Part shown: positions 1-11,768 of the stretch, in pieces | Layout: every line of letters begins with the position of its first letter | Numbering within the stretch: position 1 is the stretch's first letter | Origin: Sphaerodactylus townsendi | Taxonomy: Eukaryota | Direction: 5' to 3' | DNA: 64,000 nucleotides | NCBI RefSeq assembly: GCF_021028975.2 | Contig: NC_059426.1 | Span: 143,158,001-143,222,000 of the forward strand | Notes under the pieces: model-generated | Database searches by the model: none | The model's input: only the letters and a program-made list of their open reading frames with translations | Told to the model about the DNA's origin: nothing | Program-made: the position numbers and the translations under genes

Positions 1-880
1 ATAATTCGCTGGAGTTCTTCCCCCGGGCCTGAACGCACTGACAAGCAGCTGTGCAAAGGGAGAAACCGGGATAAAAACACCATATATCCCAGGTCTCTCC
101 CAGGATATTTTGTCCGTGGGGAAAATGCCATTGTCTTTCACCAGTGGGTAAAGGCTTTGCTTTGTCTTGTGTTCTCTCAATGGCCCCTCCTTCCTGTCCC
201 ACATTTTAATGGCTGCTTCTATGTTTTTACACATGTATTTCAATTTTTGTTTTAATTGGTCTGTTTTAATAATGTTATGTTTTTAATTGTCAGCTGACTT
301 GGAACTTTGCATAGGATACAAAGATGACTGATGAAAATATTAGTTGGGCTCAACAGGGGGAGGCTCCCTCACACACTTGGCCCAAGAACACCATGCTATT
401 CCTGTGTTAGCCCCAAAAGGCCAAACTCAGGGAAGTGCCTCAGACCACGTGATCTTGCTCAATCACATTTTAAGCACTTACCTCCTCCCCGGTGTCCATC
501 AGACTGTGCCTGTGGGTGAATTTAAAAAAAGGAGAAGGAAATGGGGCTGCTGCTGAACCTATGAGCTATGGGGAATGCTTATACAACATATTAAAAGGGA
601 GACTATGGACACTGGTGGTAGCATATGAAGAGGCAATGGACAATTTATCTTACTTAAGTATCTTGAACTGGGTTTTCAGTAAAAGCATCACTATAAGTAG
701 TAGTAGGGAATAAATTTTGGAAGGCAGTGCCTTGCACTAATGTAAGCTCTGAAGACCCAAAACTATCTTCTGGATCAATTGCAGTGGCCCTCTTTGTCAA
801 AGAACATGGTAGAAGGAGACTCTCTGATAGCATACTATGAAATATTTTGATTCTCTACCCTAAATGTGGTTATATACATG

Positions 881-1048
881 CAGAGGCGTAGCAAGGGGGA
901 AAGCGCCCGGTGCACGGGTGCGTCCTGCGCCCCGCCCTCCTAGAATAACCCCAGAATAACTCCCCCAGAATGCCCTCACCACACCCCTACAGGGGCACAC
1001 ACCTGGTGCATTGCCCCCCGCCCCCGCCCCCTTGGAGCTACGCCTCTG
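881..1048. mobile_element. hAT-type MITE (CAGAGGCGTAGC termini)
   Basis: TIRs cagaggcgtagc / gctacgcctctg; 8-bp TSD tatacatg (873-880) / catacatg (1049-1056). Confidence 0.85.
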
Positions 1049-1845
1049 CATACATGTCTGACCATCATCTTCCCTGTTCTCGGCATGTCTGTTTGCTGTA
1101 GTGTATCCTTTCCAGCAGGGGTATGTCCCTGGAAATCTTTGTCTACAGCATGACAGACTGATGAGGTTTGACTCCATTTACTTGTCTTCCCTTGGATCCA
1201 TATAAGCCTTACAAAAAGAAGCTGGAGTTTGCAGTGCTTCCACCTTTCCAGGCTAGCATTTGGTTGGGCCCAGCCTGCAAAATAAAATTGAGACTATGTG
1301 GCCTCGATCGCCCATGCTTGGGAACCTGCAGGAGCCAAAGAGCTTCTTACTTCCATCACAGCCAATGAAACCATTTCATTAGGCTGGAAAGGTTAATTGC
1401 ACTGAAAGCTGGCAGCATCTTGGATGCATGGTTGTTGTAAAACTGCAGCACAGCAGGAGGGCTGAAACCAACACAGAGGAGACAGAACTTGATTGCTTTC
1501 CAACTCTACTCAGAAGCAATTCCAACTCTACTCAGTCCTGCTATTGTGTAAGAACAAAATTTTGAAATATAATGAAATCAGAAATAAACAAAGCTCTAGT
1601 CCTACTTTCCATTTCCCATCCTTTTGCATCACTCCTTCTGCTGACTTTTCCTGCTTCATTTTTGTTTTCATTTTGTATCTTTGCAATCCGTTTTTTTCAT
1701 GAAGGGAATCTATCTTGAGAAAACTGGTTGTTACAGATGCTTTGTTTCAAGGGTTCAAATCTGGAGGTATAGACATAGATACCCTTGCCACAGTTTTCAT
1801 ATTTCCTTTTCATACTTTCCTTTTTACACTAATCTGTGACACAAA

Positions 1846-2040
1846 TAGGATTGCCAACCTCCAGAATTACAATGGATCCCAACCTACAGGAATTAGTTCC
1901 CCTGGAGAAAATGGTGGGTTTGGAGGGTGGACTCTGTGGTCGTGTATTCTGCAAAGGTCCCCCCATGCCCCAAATCTCACCCCCCAAGGGCTGCAACCCC
2001 AAATCTACAGGAATTTTCCAACTCAGTGCTAGAAGCCCTA
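1846..2040. mobile_element. hAT MITE, TAGGGTTGCCA-terminus family (Blackjack/MER53-like ends)
   Basis: taggattgccaacc...agaagcccta; TSD gacacaaa/gacacaac; shares the internal motif cccctggagaaaatgg with copies at 5528, 9558 and 61018. Confidence 0.8.
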
Positions 2041-2729
2041 GACACAACTTGCTTGCATGTGGCCAAACAGCTACACTTTTGGCAAAACTCCTATGTAGGT
2101 GAAAGAGTCCTTAGTATATTGATAAGACTACAGTTCTCACAAACTTGAAAGGAAACCCCAACAGTTTAATCCATTTCCAGTAAATGTAAATTTGCAGTGT
2201 CGTGTAAGCTGTCCAACACTTAAACTTTGTATAAATCAATATAACTGTCATGGCTTTTTTCAAGGAACTCTGACTGTGGTACTTATATAAGGGAACATTA
2301 TAACAAAGACATTGGATTGAATTTAATGTTGTAACCATAAGTTATAACATAACATCAGCTATAGACACACACAAGAAGCATACCATAAGTAAGTAACATT
2401 AAATGTATCGAAGTACAAGTGTAAACTATAAATCCTATCAGATCACTATTTAAAATATGCCCAGTGCTCAATGCAACTTAAATCTTAAGGATACTGTTTA
2501 TTTTTTTTAAAAAAACTTATTAAATAGAGGTCATGAACTTCTTCCTAATTTCAATAAACAAAAAGTAGCCATTTGAAAAGTGACATAAGCCGTCACATGC
2601 AACTTTTTTTCCAATACTCCTAAATTTTCCAAGACTTCTGAAGGAGACTATAGTCCAACCATTGATGAAATGAGATATGTAATATTCGAATTTTGTCTAA
2701 TTCGGACTACTTTCAGGTATGCCCTTTGT

Positions 2730-3140
2730 GGGTAAAATAACTGAGTTATTTGGTAGCAGCAAGGGCTTCCTGGATGATTCATCTGCTGTCAGTCTATTTC
2801 AGTTGGGCTTTTGGCATGGGTATGACACAGCTTTGATTGCTCTGGTGGATTAACTTTGCCTTCAAGGTGACAAATAGAACTCCACCTTCTTAGGCTTTTT
2901 AGATCTATCCAGTGCTTTTGAGTTCTTGTACAGTTGACCTCGCAGCTCTGCTGAGATGCTTGGAACTCAGAGCTGGCAATGAAGAGACAAATTGTTAAGC
3001 TGTTTTGGTCATTCTTATCAGATCAAATACAGATCACAGTTATTGCCAATTTGGAATTTGTAAACTGGAGTGTTCTCTTTTGGTCCTACAAGAGTCTATA
3101 TTGTCACCTGTTTAATATCTGTGTGATACCATTGACTGAG
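2730..3140 (+). mobile_element. Old L2 LINE reverse-transcriptase fragment
   Basis: Degenerate RT motifs (FQLGF-GYDTALIALVD, LDLSSAF) similar to the L2 at 27-30 kb; stops and frameshifts; boundaries approximate. Confidence 0.6.
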
Positions 3141-5527
3141 GCCAAATGTTTTTTAAAGCTGTGGGGAAAGTCTCTTAAAAATAAAGGAGAGACTGTTTGG
3201 GCTTGGAATTATAACACGGTGGGAGGGGGGCACCTACCTACCTCCAGCCATTTTTCCACACTGAAATGGTGTTGGGGGATTTTCCCCTGTTTTTGCTCCA
3301 TCTTCACAGATTTTTCTTTATGGAGCAGCAAAACCAGGGAAATAGTTCTCCTCAGCACCACTTCAGAACCTTTCCACCCCCTGTGGCAGTATTCCAAGCC
3401 CAATTGGGTTCTCCCTTAATTTTTAACAACAGCTGCTGTGTGGTTGTGGGAAAATAGATTGGGTCTTAAGAACCCAGATGCATGTCTTTAAAAAACAACA
3501 TGTCTAGTTTGGCCCTTCGGTCATCCAAAGGTTTGGAAATGTGTTGCATAAATAGACTGCTGATACCTGTCTCCTTAAATGAGCAGCTGTCTGTATTTAT
3601 TTATATTTGTTTGTGCCCTTTTTTTCTGCCCCTCAAGGCCCCCAAGGTGACTAAAAGCAGAAATAAGCATTATAAAAACACATCATGAAATAATTGAAGC
3701 CTAAACAAAAATATTTAAAAGCACAGATAAGCAATACAGCAGGAAGGAAGAATTATTGAGAGATCGCTGCTGGTGGATGACAGTGACAGAAAGAGACAGA
3801 CAAGTGTTATGTCAGTGTTTAGAAGTGGTCAAGTGGCTGAGAGGGAACATGCTGAAGCTTAATGCAGACAAAATGGAGGTGATGCAGTTCAAGGAAGCTG
3901 AGGTCCTGGAAGATGTTGTGCTTCCCTCCTTGGACAACATGGGTTTAACGTCAACAGGATCCTTAGGTGTTTTTCTGAAAAAAAAGATGAATCAGGTGGC
4001 AAAAGTAAATAGAATATAATGTTGCAGAATGGAATTCAATATGAGATGAAAAGAGAAAGAATGAAAGGTTATATATACAGAGTATGTGTACACAGAGACA
4101 AAATTCTGTATTTTAAAGCCAAGATTCTTCATTACTGGTTTCTAATAACAGTTCTAATAACACTTACATAGCACTTTCATTCTTTGAAGAATAGCTGCAC
4201 ATATGTAATGTTATTATAATCCTTACAATAACCCTGTGAGGAAGATCAGAGTTGATAAGGTAGACGTTGCACAATAGTCATTTGCTTAGGGGTATCTAAC
4301 ACGTTCACTGCAGAGGCAAGATCTGAACCTAATATCTCTGGATCATTTTCCTCACCAACATTTCCGCACAGACGTGAGCTATCCTGTTTTTCCAACTTTC
4401 TGATTGGCTGCAGGTGGTAAGGCGGGAAAAATAAACCAGTCCGTCTCCCACAGTGTTTGCATGGGAGCAGGAGCGGCACTGTTTTTTTCCCAAAAGAACC
4501 ACTAATTTATCGTTTTTTGAAAGCCGCGGGATAAGGGAAATCTCGTGGGACAGGCCTGAGTTAGACCCGGAAGCCATGCAGAAATCATGGCCGAACCAGG
4601 ATGTTTCACCTCCTTATCCCAGGATACACAGCCTGAGTTCACTTAAATTCAAGTGATCTGTGGAGTTGTGGTTCAGTCAGTCTGCATGGTTCATTTTGTA
4701 AAGGTGAAAAATAAGAGTCCCAGAGACCATGTTGAAGGACAGAAGTATGTATGTGAATTGCACTGGTGGGGGGAGAGAGATTGAGAGAGAATCTGGTCAG
4801 AATGCCTCGGTGTCAGGAGGGCAATGTGGTGTTTTTGAAATGCTTTCCCCACGTGTTTCAGGATCTCAGTGGGAAGGGTGCCACAAAGAGCTCTCTCTTT
4901 ATTACAGTATATGTTTTATCTCTGCAGTTCTCGTGCAGACTTAGTTTAAAGATCTCTGCTCAATACCATTAGTGTATCTCTGCTGATGGCCCTTTATAAA
5001 ATTGATTAGAAACTGTGCTTTTGCATGTGTGTGTGTGGGCTCTAATCTGATTTCAGTCCGAGATGGTATCTTTAATTCAGTGCATCGTGGCAACTAACTC
5101 ACGAACTTCACCGAGAGTCAGGGCCCCTAATTTGGTTTGAGAATACATTAGCAAAACAAGCTCAAAAGGCCCTTTTTGGGAGGGGCCTTGTGGGGGAGCT
5201 AGGGTGGGGGAAGACTGCTTGATAGAGAACTGCAGATTTAAATCAAGATCACTGGGCGTGATATTCCTGTAGTGGTTCCCAGAGAGGGGGAAAAAAGAAG
5301 GAGCTTGATTGATTGCCAGTCTAGCACAAATAAATGGCCAGCAAAGTGAACCTACTAGTAGGATTAACCCTATGCACTGCAGGAAATGGAGAATAGTTAA
5401 TGCACTCTGTTTACAACATTTTTCTCTTTGTTTTTGTGTGTACATGAGTGCACACACACACACACACCCTCTGGCCTTTACAGCTTTCCCTAAGCAAATT
5501 TTTAAGATCTGTGTTATTATTGTGGCA

Positions 5528-5766
5528 TAGGGTTGTCAGGTTCTCCCTGGCCACCAGTGGGGGATGGGGAGTAGGGCTGCCAGCTCCAGGCTGGGAAACT
5601 CCTGGAGATTTTGGGATGAAGTCTGGGAATGACAAGGACCTCAGCGGGGTAGAATGCCATAAAGTCCACCCTCCAAAACATCCATTTTCTCCAGGGGAAC
5701 TGATCTCTGTGGTCTAGAGATGAACTATAATTCCAGGGGATCCACAGATCTCACAAGGAAGCTGAC
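5528..5766. mobile_element. hAT MITE, TAGGGTTGCCA family, interrupted at its right end by another hAT element
   Basis: tagggttgtcagg...ccattttctccaggggaactgatctct...; the remainder of the right TIR resumes after 6414. Confidence 0.75.
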
Positions 5767-6406
5767 CAGTGGCATACCTAGGCAAACTGGAGCCCTGGAC
5801 AAAACCTGAGTTTGATGGGGGCCCCCCATGGGCGGCCACCCTCCCCCACCGTGACCAAACAATGATTTTTTCCACCAGGTCGTTTCAAAGTCACCATCAC
5901 ATTATAGAACATGCCCCAACTCTCAAAGATGAACACAGCAATGGGCCATGCCACACAGCAGAAATATTTTTAAAAAACATTTTCAAAATGCTTTCAAAAT
6001 GTTTTATTACTACTGTGAAAACATTTTATGGTGTTGTATCCAGTCCCCCCACTTGGGGGAAACAGCATCACTTTCAATATTATTTAAACTGGGGACCCCA
6101 GATTCTTCCTTTAAGGTGGATTTAAAAGGAGAATCTTGACTCCCTAGTTTAAACAAGTGATTCTGGAATCCACCCCCAAACACATAATTTTCCATGGTGT
6201 TTAAATTAGGGAGCCCAAATTCTCCTTTTAAATCCACCTTAAAGGGAGAGTCTGGGGTCCCCAGTTTAAGCAACATTGAAAGTGATGCTATTTTGGGGTT
6301 GATTCTCCCGCACCCTGAAACAGCATGATTTTCAATGTTTAAACTGGGGACCACAGATTCTCCCTTTAAATCCATGCCAAAGGGGGTGGATTTAACAACA
6401 CCTCTG
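5767..6406 (+). mobile_element. Non-autonomous hAT element (CAGTGGCGTACCTAGGCAAACTGG family) with internal minisatellite-like repeats
   Basis: Starts cagtggcatacctaggcaaactgg, ends acacctctg; TSD aagctgac (5759-5766) / aggctgac (6407-6414); repeated tttaaactggggaccccagattctccctttaa units. Same family at 8303-9403 (inverted) and 63950. Confidence 0.85.
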
Positions 6407-6604
6407 AGGCTGACACAGCTACTGTGGCACCAACACAAACTTGGGGGGACTTCTTTTGGTTTTTAAATATCTACTTTGGTGTGCTGTTGCTGATGAAAAT
6501 GTGAATGGAGGCTTGTAATTGCGTTCCTCCCTTACTCCAGTATGCAAGCAAATTACTCAGTTCTGTTGATCCTTCTGGTTGTTAAACTAATCATGTGTAT
6601 GCTT

Positions 6605-6820
6605 CTGTGTGCCTTCAAGTCACAGCTGACTTATGGCGACCCCATAGGGTTTTCAAGGCAAGGGAGGTTCAGAGGTGGTTTGCCATTGCCTGCCTCAGTG
6701 TGGGCTGGGAGTGTTCTGAGAGAACTATGACTGGCCCAACATCACTGTCAGGCTTCATGTGGAGAAGAGCTGAATCCAATCCAGTTCTCTCTCGCTCTTA
6801 TCCACCACACCTCACTGGCT
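6605..6820 (-). mobile_element. Sauria-like SINE (tRNA-like head, BovB/Sauria-type 3' end)
   Basis: tcaagtcacagctgacttatggcgaccccatagggttttcaaggcaag...ggtttgccattgcc is the reverse complement of the Sauria-type tail. Confidence 0.7.
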
Positions 6821-7034
6821 AATTAGGGATACTTTTTGTTCAGTCTCTCCCTCCCTCCCATTTTACAGTGTTCCCGTCTGAAGTTGTTAGTATGTAAATG
6901 TAAAGTGTAGTGCCCGGAGGATATATGACTGAAATTAAAGGCAGTCAGACACCCCCCCCCCCCCAATATACTCAGTGAGGTCTGCATTCACATGGTGAAG
7001 ATGCCCTGTTATGCACTGTTCGCCATGAGCAACG

Positions 7035-7343
7035 CAGAGGTGTTTGGGGGCCAAATGGCGCCTGGAGGCAAAACCCCCTCTGGGTGTCCCCCCACAGAGC
7101 CCTGATTACTTTTGAGTAAGCCCTGCTTACTTGTAAGTCAGGCTACAGCCCCTCTTCCCAGCCCAGCAGCTGGAGTGCCAGTTTCCCTTGCGTCCTGGCT
7201 GCTGGGCGGGAAGAGGAGCTGAGGGCAGCCCCTCTTCCCAGCCCAGCAACAGAAAGGCATCTGGTCACGTGGGGAGGGGTGATTTTGCGCCCCCCACATG
7301 ACCAGATTAGTTGCGCCCGGGGACATGGGCAAATACGCCACTG
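7035..7343. mobile_element. hAT-like MITE (CAGWGGYGT termini)
   Basis: cagaggtgtttg...aaatacgccactg termini; GC-rich interior with a direct repeat cagcccctcttcccagcccagca; no clear TSD. Confidence 0.6.
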
Positions 7344-7779
7344 TGCAGAGGCATTCCTAATGACAACAAAGCATTCATATAAGGGTATTCTCAGTTCATT
7401 CCTTGGCATCCTCTTGTGCCTGTCATCCCTTCCCCTCCCACTGTTGAAAGGATTTTTGCAAAACTGATAATAGCTATTTCTATGACATTGCAACACTATA
7501 GCAATATAGCATCTACCATTATTTTTAAAAGCCAGGAAAAGTATTTTGATGGCACAGGTGGGGAAAGGCAGGTTCAAGAAGATACAGAGGGAACATGGCA
7601 CTGATATTTTATCTATTTTATTTGTTTGTTCAGTTTGTACCCTGCCCTTTCCCAACAAGTCAGGCTCCAGCAATACACAGTTTAGATACATAAATATATT
7701 CATAATAAATACTAAAGACTGAATGGTTCCAAACACAGTGGGGCCCCATTATAAGGAAGGGACAATATAATCAATTATT

Positions 7780-8290
7780 TTATTTCATTACACTTCTATG
7801 CTGCCCTCCACTCACAGTCTCAGGGCGGCTTCCAACAAGATTTAAACAATCTAAAATCAATTAAAAGCATAATAAAATCAATCCTCATATAGTGTCTAGT
7901 CCTCATTTCACAACAAGATAAACCCAAAACAGGAGAAAAGATGAGGGGAGAGGGAGGTGTGGGGAAAGAGATGAGGGAGGCCAATTTAATGATGGTAACC
8001 CATTGCTACCTCAACTGTATCCCTGGTGGAACAGCTCTGTCTTACAGGCTGTGCGGAACCGCATCAGCTCCTGCAGGGGACCGGGTCTCCTTGGACAGAG
8101 TGTTCCCCAGGTTGGGGCCAGGCAGAAAAGTCTCTTTTTTAAAAAAGAGAAAATGGGAGAGGAGGCCAGCAAGATAGAAATCATCTCTGACAGAACAACT
8201 CAGTCTTGTAGGCCTCATGGTATTGTATCAGGTCCCTCAAGCCTGATACTCACTTGAAAGAGAGCTCCACCGACTGGGGCCAAAGTCAAA
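7780..8290 (-). mobile_element. L2 LINE 3'-end fragment(s)
   Basis: Reverse-complement L2-type tail (ctgccctcc...cagggcggctt) followed by degenerate ORF2 C-terminal sequence; boundaries approximate. Confidence 0.55.
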
Positions 8291-8302
8291 AAGGCTCTGG
8301 CT

Positions 8303-9403
8303 CAGAGGCATTCCTCCCATTGGACAAAGTGGGCAGTTACCCAGGGCGCCCCCTTGTGGTGGGTGCCAGAAATGCAGGTTCGTTTGTGGGATTTTTTGTA
8401 TTTTAGTGGGTTTTTTGGTTTTTGGCCTGCAGGGGGTGCAGCTTTTAGGCTAGCAGCACCACCATTTCATGGATTTTTCAGGAGATTCCCCTGATGATAT
8501 CACCCAGGTTTGGTGAGGTTTGGTTTAGGGAGTCCAAAGTTATGGACTCCCAAAGGGAGTGCCCCATCCCCTATTGTTTCCAATGGGAGCTATAAGAGAA
8601 GGGGGGCTACACATTTAAGGGTCCATAACTTTAGGCCCCCTGAACCAAACTTCACCAAACCAGAGTGGTGTCATCAATAGGGTCTCACGAAGATACTCTG
8701 AAATTTTGGTGCTGCTATCTTAATAATTGCACCCCTGACAGCAGGCACCCCCTAAATTTCCCCAGATTCTCCTTTTAAATCCACCCCCTTCCTGCTAATG
8801 CTTGTTTTCTTTCTTTCTTTTCTCTCAGTGCCTAATAAAGGTTGTTGTTGTTGTTGTTATTGTTGTTGTTATTATTATTAAATCCACCCCCTTCGACATG
8901 GATTTAAAGGGAGAATCTAAGGTCCCCAGTTTAAATATTGAAAGTGATGCTGTTTCAGGGTGGGGGAGAATCCACCCCAAAATAGCATCACTTTCAATGT
9001 TGTTTAAACTGGGGACCCCAGATTCTCCCTTTAAGGTGGGTGGGTGGGTGGGTTGGTTGGTTGGTTGGTTGGTTGGTTGGTTGGTTTGTTTGTTTGTTTA
9101 TCTATCTATTTATTTATTTATAATCGATTTTGTATACCGCCCCTCCCCCGAAGGGCTCTGGGCGGTGAACAGCACAATAAAACATTTGAAAATGTTTTTT
9201 AAAAATATTTCTGGTGTGTGGCATGGCCCATTGCTGTGTTCAGATTTGTGAGTTGGGGCATGTTCTATAATGCGATGGTGACTTTGAAATGACTTGGTGG
9301 AAAAAATCATTGTTTGGTCATGGTGGGGGAGGGTGGCCACCCATTGGGGGGGCATCAAACGCAGGTTTTGTCCAGGGCTCCAGTTTGCCTAGGCACGCCG
9401 CTG
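8303..9403 (-). mobile_element. Complete ~1.1-kb non-autonomous hAT element (same family as 5767-6406)
   Basis: Termini cagaggcattcct / aggcacgccgctg; perfect 8-bp TSD ctctggct (8295-8302 and 9404-9411); contains (GTT)n and an inserted retroelement tail with (GGTT)n/(TTTA)n at about 9036-9180. Confidence 0.9.
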
Positions 9404-9557
9404 CTCTGGCTCTGGTTGAGCACAGCTGGGTAACTTTAGGGCTAGGGACCACCAGTAAGTATGGGTGGGGTGATTAAAAACGTGCACTTTTCTTATCCAA
9501 AAGTGGGCAAACCTATTTTGATCTTTCCAAAACATTGTGCCAAAGCAGGTTTTGGGA

Positions 9558-9754
9558 TAGGGTTGTCAATCGCTAGGTGGGGATTGGAAGTCTCCTGGAA
9601 TTAGAACTGATCTCCAGACTACAGAGATCAATTCCCCTGGAGAAAATGGTTTGCTATGGAGGTTGGCTCTGTGGCATTATGTGCTGCTGAGGGTAAACCT
9701 CAGGCTTTACCCTCAAACCTCAAGGAATTTCCTAACCCAATGTTGACAACCCTA
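9558..9754. mobile_element. hAT MITE, TAGGGTTGCCA family
   Basis: TIR tagggttgtcaa / ttgacaacccta; TSD ttttggga / tgttggga. Confidence 0.85.
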
Positions 9755-10295
9755 TGTTGGGAAAGGTCACAGAAAAGCAAGTGTATGCCTTCATGATCAT
9801 GTCATGTGAACACTCCAAAAATGTTCTGCATTGGCAGCAGCTGTGGACTTGCTCAGGGTAACGTTTCTAGTGGAAGAGGATGGCCATATGTGCTGAGTGG
9901 ATTCCTTGTTACATTTCTTGAATTCAGAACTTATCCAGATTGTTTAAAAACAAACAACAGTTGACTTTGTCTCTTCTTGTGATAACCCCAGACTAGCAGC
10001 CAGAGCATGAGATTCTTCCAACCCATGAAGGGGGTTTGAACTGCTGCAGAGGACAAAAAAAATCTGGTGATACCCCAGAGAAAGTGATCTCAGGTCTGTC
10101 AAAACAAATGGACAAAAGGTTCATGAAATGACAGTGTACTAATCTAAGGAAGGGTAGGTTAACTTTGCTGGATCTTGCTACTTTTTCTCTTTAAAGGGCT
10201 ATAGGATCGCTCTTGCACTTTTCAAACCTTCAGTGGAGGAGAATTCATCTTCTAAGAGACTTTCTAATCTAAATATACTCTCTTGCAAGGGTATG

Positions 10296-11768
10296 AGATT
10301 TTGTGAGTCGTAGGTCACTTCTTCGGATATAACTGGAATGTGAATCCACCTGTCCTTAAACAGAGAAAAGTGAATTCAGGCACCCAATGGCAATAGCATG
10401 TAAATGACAAAAGCCGACGTGATTTGTTGCCAAAATTTTCCTGTTTGTCCAGTGTAGAGGATGGAAGGGCGTTGCTGGCATAAATCACGTTAGAAGATGA
10501 GCAGGAGTAAAAACCTGAGAAAATATGATTGACGTGATATGCAGAGAGGTGGTGGTCGTAGAGAAATCAGCATTGGTAATGAGACTGGAATCCTAGATTT
10601 CTATTCAGTAGTGTGTTATCTTGAGTTTCATTATTGGAATTCACCAGTCTGTCTTTCTAATCTCCCTTTGAAATTCCTTTGTAAGAGAACTGCTTCTCCT
10701 AAATCAGCAACTAGAAGGTTGCTGGAAGGTCCTGGAAGCTTAAAACCCTGGTGGGTTTTGAATGTTGTGGTTTCTGATGTCAGACTTATGTCCATTTGAT
10801 CTTTGTTGCCGAAATTGTCCTGTTTGTCCAATGTAGAGGGTGGAAGGGTGTTGCTGGCATAAATCACATTAGAAGATGAGCAGGAGTAGAAACCTGAGAT
10901 AATATGCGTGACATTGCAGGACCCAGTGATAGTGTAGCTAGGATCCATATGAGAGCAAAGTTGGTTTGTTGACACCAGAGTTCATGCTACTGTTCAGTAA
11001 ATAATCATTGTGGGTGAGAAGTTGTTTTAGGTTAGCTGGCAGTCTGTAAGCAAGAAAAGGTCCCGCCCCTCCCCTTCCTTTGCAAGGCAGTTCAGCATTG
11101 GTTGTAGATAACTAATAATATAATGGACTGGCTTGATTTGTGAGGTATATGTGAGCACCAGAGGTGTTTTATTGTCATTTTCTTCGGGCTTTGTCTTGTA
11201 GCAAGCTGTACCTGGGTATCCTTTCCAATCATATTTCTTACCATATCAGTAATTGCAAAAATGCTTGCTATAGGTCAGGGGTCTGCAACCTGTGGCTCTC
11301 CAGATGTTCATGGACTACAAATCCCATCAGCCCCTGCCAATTGGCCATGCTGGCAGGGGCTGATGGGAATTGTAGTCCATGAACATCTGGAGAACCACAG
11401 GTTGCAGACCTCTGCTATAGGTACTTCAAGTGAGACTCTCTGTCTGAGGAGTTGGAACAGATTCAATTATAGCGTAGGGCCTGACTATAGACAATGCACT
11501 GTTTGATATGGTTGGGGTAATAACTTATAGATATGTTTGCTGATCTGCTGGTTATAATGTGGTGCTTGTGTGTCCCTTATGTATCCATACTGTGGTGTTC
11601 AGGAAGTTAATTTCTTATTCAGAGTCATTCATAGTTAGATTGATGATGGGGTGGAAGTTGTGGAAAGCCTCGTACCCTTCCAGAAATTGTGTTAGTCTTT
11701 AAGGAGCTATTTCACTTTTGCTCTTTTCTTCTGCTTCAGTCAGACTAACATGGCTATGGCTACCCGTA
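10296..11768 (-). mobile_element. Penelope-like element (Neptune-type): degenerate RT C-terminus and GIY-YIG endonuclease on the minus strand, with a + strand pLTR tail
   Basis: Minus-strand fragments FHNFHPIINLT..EINFLNTTV..CIVYSQALRYN.ICS (PLE RT C-terminus) and YSCSSSNVIYA..LYIGQTGQ..NGHKSDIRN..LLQRNFKGRLERQ (GIY-YIG); pLTR tail gttagtctttaagg...cagactaacatggct at about 11670-11768; 17-bp TSD tctcYtgcaagggtatg (10279-10295 / 11769-11785). Confidence 0.88.
11276..11414. mobile_element. Palindromic hAT (Charlie/Buster-type) MITE nested in the Penelope element
   Basis: Near-perfect fold-back caggggtctgcaacctgtgg...ccacaggttgcagacctctg; perfect TSD ctataggt (11268-11275 / 11415-11422). Confidence 0.92.

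Noticed and set aside
6040-6400. Repeated ~30-bp units resembling a CRISPR-like array
   Set aside because: Irregular spacing, both orientations, no unique spacers, inside a TSD-flanked hAT element in a vertebrate genome.
10288-10330. Hammerhead motif at the left end of the Neptune element as an active ribozyme
   Set aside because: Both catalytic cores are mutated (CCGAAGA and AAAA).
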